A stretch of DNA of 64,000 nt from Leucoraja ocellata (lineage: Eukaryota), in the NCBI GenBank assembly GCA_036785375.1, contig JAWMAR010000384.1, forward strand, positions 930,001 through 994,000, in the 5' to 3' direction. Positions 38,701-50,700 of this stretch are shown here, in pieces. Below the pieces are notes generated by a model. The model made no database searches, was not told where the DNA came from, and saw only the letters and a program-made list of their open reading frames with translations. The position numbers and the translations under genes were made by a program. Position 1 is the first letter of the stretch. Every line of letters starts with the position of its first letter.

Positions 38701-41700
38701 GTATAGATTTATTTCTTTTCTTTGTTAAGGGAAACATCAAAAATAATGTATCTTTTTTGTTAGGTGATCCCTCTGGAACGGTTAATAACAGAGTCGGGTG
38801 AACCCACGGAAGCTGCAAAGTTTTATGTCCAACCTCGTATACTGGTCGAGACGTTATGTGTGATAACAAGTATCCCAGGATTGGAGAATGATGTCATCGA
38901 GGCTAAGAAATTGGCCAGAGATATTGTATTTATGGCACATCACCCATCCATAGGTAGGAATCACTAAGTGAACTTATTTTGAAGGCTGTCTCTAACTTGG
39001 TTGCATAAAAGTACTAGACATGTGAAGCAAATTCTGCATTATCAGCATAACCCATCTTCACAAATATAAACATTTATAAAAAATGTAAGAACTTACAACC
39101 TGCATTATATTGTGTTTCCTACGACCTAAATTGCTTCACAACAACCTAATATTTAGCAGAATTGCTGATTGATTCTATGTTGTATTAAGATTTTTACCTA
39201 TCTTGAGGCCATCATTTAAATATTACTCTTCTGCTTTGTCCCAATTTGCTAATGCTCTTTAATAACAACTGCAAATTCCAATTCTGAATTTGCAAAATCT
39301 GCATCAGTAGATTATTGTTGTTCTATACTTTGTTGTTGTTGTTTGTTTGATTATTGTTGTTCTATAATTATAGGAAGGATGTCAACAAAATAGAGCGAGT
39401 ACAGAGGAGATTTACTAGAATGTTGCCTGGGTTTCAGCAACTAAGTTACAGAGAAAGGTTGAACAAGTTAGGGCTTTATTCTTTGGAGCGCAGAAGGTTA
39501 AGGGGGGACTTGATAGAGGTCTTTAAAATGATGAGAGGGATAGACAAAGTTGACGTGGAAAAGCTTTTCCCACTGAGAGTAGGGAAGATTCAAACGAGGG
39601 GACATGACATGGGAATTAAGGGACTGAAGTTTAGGGGTAACATGAGGGGGAACTTCTTTACTCAGAGAGTGGTAGCTGTGTGGAATGAGCTTCCAGTGAA
39701 GGTGGTGGAGGCAGGTTCGTTTTTATCATTTAAAAATAAATTGGATAGTTATATGGATGGGAAGGGAATGGAGGGTTATGGTCTGAGCGCAGGTATATGG
39801 GACTAGGGGAGATTATGTGTTCGGAGCGGACTAGAAGGGTCGAGATGGCCTGTTTCCGTGCTGTAATTGTTATATGGTTATTATATTATATGGTTATACA
39901 ATTTAAACAATTTCCCCTTTATCAGATTTGACTGCATTTGAGTTTGCCCGCCTTCTCTGGGTCTCATTGATCAGTGAAAGTGACCATCCCTGTTTACCTT
40001 GTGTTGCTTCTTTTAACTTCCATTATGTTAGCTCTACATGGTAGGGAATAAAAGCACTAACAAATGAGGTGTCTTTTCCAGATTATAATTTGACGGGAGT
40101 ATTTTCAGATATGTTACAACACGAAATATGGAAAAATGAGAGGAAATCTCAGCAGAGAGGAGCTGTAAAGGCCCTTTGTCTTACCTAACTATGATTAACT
40201 TTACAATTACGGTATTAACCTTATTGGCATATACAGGTGCACAACCTTTTATCCGAAGATCCAAATAACGAAAACCTCCGAATAGCGACATTTTTTCAGT
40301 CCTTGAAAAAAGGTCCTTGAAAACGTTCACCGAGGGCGGCCCGCAGAGGTGACAGAGGAACCTCCGGTCGGTCCTCGAAGAAAGGGGAACTAAATCCCCA
40401 TCCATAAAAGAGAAGGTGAGGGTATATTGCGCGGGAGGGTTAATAATTGACAATATGCCGCTGTCTGCCCGCTGAGTTAATAAAGTTCCCACGGTAGACT
40501 CACGATACACAGTGTATCGTGAGTCTTGCGTGGGAACTTTTTTAACTCAGCGGGCAGGGAGCTGCAGATTGTCGCTCCCTTCAGTTTCACCCCACCTACA
40601 CCCCTCTGCTTCCCGGCCATGTGTGTGACCCCCTTCCCTCCCCTCTCCAGCTCCCCGTGCATTGCACCGGCGTAGGGGCTTTGCACTGTCTTCACGTCGG
40701 CAATGCCAGTCACCGGAGACGTCAGGACCAACAGGACACCGACCCCCAGGCCCACTGCAAGCACGGAGATCCCAGAGACCCACAGCCAGCAGCAGCCCAG
40801 CCCCGTTCCAACTCCAGAGGAAAACTGCAAACTAGCGGGAGACATCGGGACCACCAGGAGCCGCTCCCAGATGGGCCGCTACGGCGACAAGTGGCAGTTC
40901 GCCCACAGCCCGAGCTGTGCCCCCTCATCGGGACACCGACCCCCAGGCCCACTGCAAGCACGGAGATCCCAGATCAGCAACTCCAGCCCAGCCCCGCTCC
41001 AACTCCAGAGGGGCAGAAACTGATGGTGCGCAAGGTGCGTCTTGTTCTTGAGGTCGCGCAGCGGGTCGCCGTAGCGGCCCATCGGGGAGCGGATTCCTCT
41101 GGAGTTGGGGGTGGGGGGGAGGGGGAGGGGGGTATTGTGCTGTTTTATCGCCCCCTGCTATCCCAGGGACAGGGAGACAGGACGTTCACCACGGGCGGCC
41201 CGCAGAGGTGACAGCGGAACCTCCGGTCGGTCCTCGACGAAAGGGGAACTAAATCCCCATTCATAAAAGAGAAGGTGAGGGTATATTGCGCGGGAGAGTA
41301 GGAATCCCAAGACAAAGTTGAGTGAGCGTTCACCGAGGGTGGCCCGCAGAGGTGACAGCGGAACCTCGGGTCGGTCCTGGAAGAAAGGGGAACTAAAAAG
41401 AGAAGTGGAGGGTATATTGCGCGGGAGGGTATATCGCCTACCTGGAAGAAACCAGACATTTTTTCCAGGATGTCGTCTGCACACCAAAGCTCACGTTTGG
41501 TGCCTCTGCTGCACACGGATATAAGAGTGTGAAAATGTCGCCTTAGGCCGCCTAAGGGCATGTAGCCCCGCTAGGGTGACATGAGTGCGGGAGGTGATTC
41601 AATGCTGCGGTCACATTTACAAATTCAGGAATTCATTCAACACGCTGCATTTCATACAGACATTTATTCTGCAAGAAAAAAACTACACTGAAGACTCAAA

Positions 41701-44700
41701 CTCACGACCGAGGAACTGCCGGGATCAAGGCGCAAACTCGCGACCTTGCGGATATGAGCCGAGCACTCTACCACTGAGCCAGCCATTAAAATCTACGCTA
41801 AAAAATTTCCATTCCGAAGACCGACAAATTCCAAATTACGAAAAGTGTCTGGTCCCAAGGCTGTCGGATAAAAGGTTGTGCACCTGTAGTAACAATACTG
41901 AGCCTTCTTTCTCCCTGCTCTGTTAGAGGCTAGTTTAGAAAACATGTTTTTATTTATTTTCTTCCCACATTTGTAGTTTTGTCCCTATTAGTCTTTTTTT
42001 TTTTTACTCTTAAAGCTTCTTAAAATTTTGAGATCATTGTTGCGGTACGTTTAAAAAAAAAAAAAAAAATTAATTTAACAAATCCCATTTAGCAGTTAAG
42101 TTTGTTTTGTAGAGAAATGATTCTGGAGAGCTGGGCTTATGGAAATCCATAAGACATGTTATTGAAGATATAATTTTGCATCAGCATCACCTCCACTGCA
42201 ATTCAATGCCACAACTAAAACCAGTAAATGGAAAGCTCCTTTAACAAAATTCCGGCATGATATTGGGAATCCAGTGAGTCATTAAGTTGCAAGCCCTGAT
42301 GTGTATTGTTCCTTACACATATTTCCTCTGAGGAATGTTATTATTTATTGATATTATTTATTAACTTTATTCTCAAATAAAGTACCAGTCAAATGCTTTT
42401 TCCTCTATACCTGTGATTTGAAATACTTGAACTTAAACCAATTCTTTGGTATTTGGGTTCTCAAGATGATGATTAAATCTCTAGTTGGGCTCTGCAGTTC
42501 ACAGATCCATGCTGGTTCTCATCTGTGCTCCCGATGGGACGTTTATTTTTGCAGAAGCTGCTCAAATGGGACTATGGTCAGCCATTCTCCTGAGGCTGAA
42601 GCTGGACACCTCTGAATTCATTAAAAAGCATCTGACTGACATTCTTCCCAGTGTAAACTCTCAGATAGTCAAGAACCAGGTGAGCCAATATGTCTTTTGC
42701 ACACCTCATCCACTGCAATCTGATTAGATGATGTTCAACATCCGATGACAATTATTGTATTAGCCAAGCAGTGGTTACAGTTTCCGGAATGGGCATGCAT
42801 GCAAATAGCCTAATCCTGTAGGGTACATGTATAACTGATAGCAGATTTGAACTAAATAAGATTATTGCCACTTTTTTATTTCACTGTGTAGGTGCGCAGT
42901 GAAAGAGTAAGGGCCTATGGAGGTATCTCAAACCAGAAAGCACAGTTTCAGAATAGAAGCATAGAAAATAGGTGCAGGTGTAGGCCCTTTGAGCCAGCAC
43001 TGCCTTTCAATATGATCATCCAAAATCAGTACCCTGTTCCTGCTTTCCCCCCATATCCCTTGATTCGATTATCCATCAAAAATCGGGGTCATAGGAAAAT
43101 GGAGTATGAATAGTCCAATCAATCTCTTGGACCTGCTTCTCCATTCAATATGTTTATGGCTGATTCAATCTTGATCTCAATACAACTTTGTTGTGCCCTC
43201 ACTTTACCACTTATCTCCCTTATTGTTCACATTATTGTCACGTCTACCTGTGTACAATGAAAAGCTTTTTGTCCATGCTAACCAGTCAGTGTAATGACAA
43301 TACATGATACAATTGAGTTTTGAGTGATGGAGCAAGCTCAAGGGGCAGATGGGCTGATGCTGACCCTGTCCTTGGAGTCATATCCCATGTTTTTAAAAGA
43401 AAAATACCAGGCCAAACATATTCTCTCATATTTATTGACAACTTCCACCAAAGACCTGAATGATGAGCTGAAATCAAAACTTTAAATTTTGGGGGAAATT
43501 GGCCTTTGGCAATTTTGTATTTCATTCAATATAAATACTGTCAGATCCAACCCAAGATGTTGCTTATCTTGTTTATGGGGCTATGATTTTTTATTATCAA
43601 CATGCAAATACGTTTTATGAGTATCGTTGTTGTATTTTGCTGTATTATGTAATGTTTTAAAATGCAGATTTTAGGCAGCATCTTTAAGGAGGAAAAGAAG
43701 ATGGTGAGGCAGAGTGGTTTGGTGATAGAGAGAAGGCCTAAAGCACAGCCTTTGTTAGTTGCCTGCATGTAGAGATCAGACTAGTCCGCAATGCAAGGAA
43801 CACAGTGGGTAGTTTCCAACCTAATTAAACATTGTATAATTCACAATTGTATTCTGGTTACAGCTTAATGCTTTAAACCTCCTGTCTCCTAGGCTGTCAT
43901 CAACACTATAGCTTCCCTGTCGCTCCATGCTTCATCACTTGTATTGCCGCACCTGAGCAGCCTGATCACAAGCATGTTGGAAAACCATGCTTTCCACCTG
44001 GTGACTAAAGAGGAATATGAGATCATGCTGGTTCCTGAGGGAGAGCTATACGATAAGTCATTCATTCAAATGTAAGTAATGACAAAAACCCATTATGTCT
44101 CCTGTTAGTCTGCAGAGTGTGTGAAAAATTGTATTCTTGGATAGACACATATTTTGTTCTCATGTTGTAGAGTAATAAAATCTTGTGTTACGTATTCTGT
44201 TGACCAAAGTTCTAAAAATGTTCTATGCCATTTTTTGTCTATGTGCCGTGTGTGAATGGAGTTTTCTTCAATGCAGTAGCATTAAGATTTAATCGTGTTG
44301 TTTCACAGGTTGTCGATGCAGTCATTATTTTTGGTAACAGAATTTGCTTTTACCTAATGTAGAATCAAAGGTGCAGCAAGATGTATCACTGGAAGTTATT
44401 CATGCTGCAGCCAGATATTTGAATTAAATTTGAGGCTGAGGTTGCAATGTAGGTGTTAATGGCACTGGATTCCTGAAACAATTTTTCTTTATCAATTCAG
44501 TGATCAAAAAAGTTATTTTGTTATTTCTGTAGTTCATCGGTTCGCTCATGAACACTTTTTCTTGTGCTTTCAGTAGCAATGAAGATCTGAAAGTTGATGT
44601 GACCTTTCTTTTTCGTTTTCGTTTTCATTTTCTTGAACACTTCGTACCATATTTCTTTAATGCCTGCCTGTTGACAATTGGACTGCAAAGACAACAAAGG

Positions 44701-47700
44701 AATTTTCTCCTGTATTTTCTTTCTACCCTTTCATTACACCTGGGAGGATGGTGGTAAAACTTTTGTTCCAAATAATATGGGGTCAATAGGTAATTGATGA
44801 CCCCACTAACAGAACAAAATGATATATATGTTTTTCCTCTGGTGTCCTGTTTCTTCCAGTTATTTACATGATGGTGAGAAGCAGAATTGATGATCTTTCA
44901 CTTACTGGTCAGTATTGTTGGTTATACTATAGGATTCATTCTGTTTTGTGCTAGGACTCAACAGGAAACCACAAAGAAGGCCAATCTGAAACGGGAGAAC
45001 AAAGCTTATTCATTCAAGGAACAAATCATTGACTTGGAACTTAAAGAGGTATTTAACAATATATTTTCACGTTCCTGCTTAATTTATTTGGATTTTTTTT
45101 GTATCTGTAAAGAGCTGCATTCTCGCCATAATTTTATAACTTTGATAATGCATCATCTCTATAAATTTGCTCTCTCACTGAAGAGAACTGCACCTTCTCA
45201 AATTCAAGAATCCTATGGCTATTTGTAAATGGTTTCTTAAATGACTAAAGTAGTAAATGTTCACATTTGTGACTTGCTTTTGCACTTCACTTTTGTGACT
45301 TGTTGAAATTCAGCAGGTAAAACGTCACACACTGAGATGAGGAAGGAGTGTGAAATTGACATTAATTCATGATTAAATTTTTGGCAAGCTTGATTTGAGT
45401 TTACTGTTAACTAATAACTGGTGAATGGCAGAGAATTTAAACCACATTTTAAAATTAAATAATTTCTGACAGGAAATTAAGAAGAAGAAAGGTCTGAAGG
45501 ATGAGGTGCAGCTGAGCAACAAACAGAAGGAGATGCTGCAGACCCAGCTGGAAAGGGAGTCATCGATCAGGAAGCGATTGAAGCAGGTACAAAAAAGGAA
45601 TGTGCACCACTGAAATGCCCAAATACTTTGAGACAACAGTCTAAATTTGCAGAGGATTTTTGTTTAACTTTGATTTTGGGTGATTTCATTTTCTTATGGC
45701 ACTTACACCAGCACTTTGTGTCCTTTTGTGCATTAACCAGCATCTATAGTTCTTTGTTTCTGCCAGATGACATGCTCTTGAACTTTCAGAAGGCCAGTAA
45801 TTAATTCTTAAACAAAAGGCTGCTGAGCATTATTGAGTCAATAGGAATATCAATAAGAAATTAGCTCAAGATTGAAAATAGTGTTTTGGGAATTGTGTTT
45901 TCAGACCAGAGAGAGGGACAATGATTCCCCTGGGTCAGTCCAGGAGATATTGCTTATACATTATTGAATATGCTGGTTGCATTTTTTAATTTTGCAAATA
46001 ACGCATAATTGAAAATGTGACAGAGACTGAAATGGCCGATTTCATAGAGACTTGGGCTATTGGAATGGACAGGCGTATGCTGATGAAATTTAATGCATTG
46101 ATCTACAAAGTGATCTAATTTGGGAAAAATGAGGAAAGATAAAATATAATCACTGATACATTGCCTCGTATCATTATAGAATTGTATCTGCATACATCTT
46201 CAAAGGTGGCAGGGGGTTTGTAAATGTCATCTGGCCATTAAAAATAGAGGCAAGGAGGTTATCTTGAGCTTTTGTGATTCCTTGTTAGGCTACAAAGTGC
46301 TGCATCTATTGTTGGAAACTGCATTAGGAAGTATGCAAGCATCCCAGAGAGGGTGCAGAAAAGATTTACTAGAGCTGTTGATATTAGATGCAGGATTTAA
46401 TTATAATGATAAATGAGACAACTTCTGATCATTCTCCATGGAGCGTACAAGCTTGAGAGGGGAACAAAATCATGACACCTTTAGATACATAAATAGGGAG
46501 AAACTTTTCTCAGAAGCTGCATGGTCAAGAATGGAAATGCAATTTAAAGTGATTGGGAAGGGATCAAAGGATGATGTGAGAAAAAGCCATTTTAAGCATT
46601 GTGTGGTTATGATCTAAAAACACTGACTGAAAATGTGGTGGATATAGATGGACATGTGGTTTTCAAACAGAAATTGGATATATACTTGAAAGTGGAACAG
46701 TTGCAGGGCTAGAGGCAAAGAGATGGGAATGAGGTTGACTCAATTACCATACAAAGAACCAGAATAGTGAGCGCTTGGAATCGTAATCCAATTGATCTGA
46801 GGACAGCTGATAAATTTTGGTTTGGAGGGTATTTGTCGTGCAGGTAATGAGAAATTGTATTTTAAATTGAAATTTAAAATTTGCAAATTCCTGCATTATG
46901 CAACATGAACATGTCCATCTTCCAGAGCAGGTTTCGAGATTGAACCTGTGTGGTGAATGCAAAATATTGCTGGCCGGCTATTCCATATTTATTCACCTGT
47001 TCCCCATACGCTGGCTAATTGTTGAACCATTTTTGAATGCCTTCATTGAGCTTTTGAAGAAACAGATTCCAATTTTGTGTTCCCACAGTTAGATGAGGAT
47101 TTGCAGGCTGCTCTAAACGTGCTGAACGCCATCATAAAGAGGAACCCCCGTGGTTTGTCACCGCAGATCCCTGCGTTGATTCGTCTGTTCCTCCCACTAT
47201 TCCAATCACCACTCGTTGCTCCCAGACTTAAGGAAACATTCCTGGCTTTGAGTGCGTGTGTCTTGACAGCAGATCTAAAAAACCTGGGTATGTATTAATC
47301 ATTAATTCATCCTGAAATAAACAGCTACTGATTATTTTTTCTTTGCTTGATCTTATTCATTTTCTGGGATTGTGACTTTGCTGACATTTATTGTCTACAC
47401 CTTTATGCCACTGCTAAGGTAACGCTGAACTGCTGAGAGTGCTGATAGGAAGGGGGTTGTATCATTTGATTACTTGAAAGCAAAGGCTGACCAATCCTTT
47501 GGATTTGGAGGGCCACATCTAAGCTGAAGCAAAAAAAGGGTGGCTGAAAATACTATTGTCTGAAATTACTGATGTTGCCTAAAAACATGCAACATCATTG
47601 TCTTTTAGTGTATGAGAATAAAATATCGATTGTCTCCTCAAACGTGTACCCCCAACATGATTTGACAATGTTAACTGCATGCTTGCTGTCAAATACTTAA

Positions 47701-50700
47701 GTTATGACCAAACAGAAGAGTTCTAAAGAAAAATATCAAGTCCCAGGCATTCATGGATGTGGCCATCAGTGCTTCACAACCTCAGAATGGCATCATGGTG
47801 AACATGTATCTTACCGTAAAATCTATATTTGATTCAGGCTGCCTCGTTGGTAATGTGACTCTCCGGCTGTTAAAACCTGCATGCAGTTTGGATGACGCTT
47901 GGTGTCAAGAAGAACTCCAAACAGCAACTGCCCGTGCTGTGTGTCTGCTGCGCTCACGTACTGTGCCTAACCGTGTTGGCAAAGTTGAGGCAGGTACGTC
48001 ATATACTGAAATTACATTGAGGAAAGATCCCGACCCAAAACATCCATTCCCTCCACAGACGCCTGACCTGCTGAGTCCCCTCAGCACTTTGTTTTACTGA
48101 AATTGCAATGTTTTGTTGTGGTCGTCACTTATTGAACCAAATGACCTCTAGTTTTTAATAAATTCAAATCTATATTTACTGAGCGTTTTAATGGACAAGT
48201 ATATCTTCCCTCTCATTGATGCTCCTGTATGCTTTATCCCGTGAGCGTGAGAGTTTTTGGTCCAGATGGAAAGTAGTTTTAATGCATTTTCATAGCATAT
48301 GAATACATATTGGACAGATATTGTGATATTTCTCTCTGGTGATTATTTGGAGTAACATATTGTTTTTTAACGTTCAGGATTGAGATCCTGGAAGACCTGC
48401 CTTGATCACCGCTTTAAGCATCGTTTCCTTTTTGTTGTCCCTTGCAGGTGTGAAACCTCTTACAGCTCCTGCCTTTGCATATTGCTTCCCACTATTAAAG
48501 ATAGTCTTGACAGACACAGTAAATGATAGTGAAGAAAAGGAGGGTATGTTGATTCAGGCACTTCAAATGATCAATGAACATGCTCAGCTCCGATCAATGA
48601 CTGACGGCTCCCTGCTGATTGATGAGGTGATGGTTATACTTTTTCTTTTTGTCTTTTAAAAAGAATGTACCTATGTTATAAAGTTGTTGTTCAAAATTAC
48701 CCTGACAGTGAACAGAACAGAATAGAATAGAATAGTTTCTTTATTGTCATTGTAACATGAACCATGTACAACGAAATTTAAAATGTCAGCCAGTCAGTTC
48801 AGCATTCAAACATTTCTAAAAGCTAACGATACATACAAGGTAAAATATTAAAAGATAAACAACTAAATAAATATCACGAACAAAGCACGCATACACACCC
48901 AATCCTCCATCCTTCTGTCGATTTCACAGTGTACCAGTCCCTTAGTCTGTATCGCCCCTGCGTTCCTTGGCGGCTACATTTAGTGCTTTTATAGCAGTGG
49001 GGTAAAAACTGTTTTTTAGTCTATTTGTCCTTGTCCTTGTAGATCTGTACCGTCTGCCTGACGGCAACAGTTCAAACAGGGAGTGTCCGGGGTGGGAAAT
49101 GTCCTTTATGATATTCTGGGATTTTTTGGTGCAGCGGGAACTGTGTAAGTCCTCCAAGGTAAGGAGAGGGCAGCCGACAATCCTCTGGGCGTTGTCAATG
49201 GCCCTCTGGAGCGCTTTCCTCTGAGCCGCTGTGCAGCTGGTGTACCACACGCATACACAGTATGTTAGTATGCTCTCAATGGAGCACCGATAAAAGGACA
49301 GCAGCAGTCTCTGAGTGATGTTATTCTTCCTGAGCACCCTCAGGAAGTGCAGTCTCTGCTGGACCTTTTTCAGCAGCGCAGTGGTGTTCACGCTCCACGT
49401 CAGGTCCTCCTCAATATGGATTCCCAGGAAGCGGAAATCCGCCACCCTCTCTACACAGTCCCCTCTGATAGTCAATGGTACCATGTCCGTTTTATTCTTC
49501 CTGAAATCTATTATTACTTCCTTTGTCTTTAAGGTATTGAGGAGCAGGTTATTTTCTTCACACCACACTGTCAGCTGCTCCACCTCATCCCGGTAGGCGT
49601 ACTCGTCCCCCCCGGAGATGAGTCCCACCACCGTAGTGTCATCCGCAAATTTGACAATGGTGTTGCTGTGGTGGGCGGGGGTGCAGTCATGTGTGTAGAT
49701 GGTGTAGAGCAGGGGGCTCAGTACGCAGCCCTGTGGAGAGCCGGTACTGAGGCTGAGGGCCGTGGATGTATGATGGCCCACTCTGATTCTCTGGCTGCGA
49801 CCCGACAGGAAGCTATTTATCCACGTACAGGTGGAGTGTGGAAGTCCCAAGTCCCCCAGTTTGTCCACCAGTTTGTGGGGAAGGATGGTATTAAAAGCAG
49901 AGCTGTAGTCCACAAAGAGCATCCGCTGTCAGCTGCAATCAAACAATCAAATTGTACGTTCAGTATTATAAAATTTAGTGGCAGCATTTTGCAAATCAGT
50001 GAGGATTAGTTCATGTGATAGATCATTATATCTGCAGGGTAGATTTACTGTAAATGGATTGCTAGATGGAAGATCTTTTGGTCACAGCCCCACTTATTGG
50101 TTGGAAAGTGATCTTGAAATGTGATCTCTGGTTCTGAATAAAATCCATTCAACCTTCATGTGGATTATTGTGCATTTATCACAAAAAAGAGGCTTTGCAG
50201 CACCCCATAAAATCGTAATTGCCTTTCAAACTGCCGAAGGGGCTCTTTCTGAGGATGGCTAACCTTGCTGGCAAGGCCTTGGGCATTGAGCAACTCATGT
50301 GTTCTCTCTGGCTTTTCCGACTTTTCAAGTGCATGCTCATCTAGTGCTTTCAAGATGGGCTAATTCTACTTAGTTGCTGTCATAGGAAGAAAGCGTATTC
50401 AAATAGTGGCTTCCATTTTCTCCGGTTGCTTTACAGCCATTATAGTACTTCTGAAGTTTAATTATGGGTTATGCCCTAGGGCTGAGCCAAAGCTGTCTGA
50501 CTTAACTTCACCAACATGCAAGGTCCAATCTTTTTGAGCCACTGAGTCTCCAAGCTGAGTGTTTGAAGAATAATTGGATGGACATCAAAGTAAGGATTGG
50601 GATGTTGAAAGAAGTGAACAGGGATGTGGATGAGACATTAAATATGAAATAAAAATTAAAAAATGAAGCCACAAGAAAGGAAAATTATCAAGGATAATAG

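Noticed and set aside
40477-41561. Several 100-200 aa ORFs within the TIR element, and a CRISPR-like look of the repeated units
   Set aside because: No DDE or HTH motifs; the ORFs arise from GC-rich repeats. Units are 85-115 bp and irregularly spaced in a vertebrate intron, so this is not a CRISPR array.
37100-43520. C-box-like ATGATGA motifs in GCN1 introns (about 37105 and 43460) as possible intronic snoRNAs
   Set aside because: No suitably spaced D box with a terminal stem; would need snoscan or Infernal to support.
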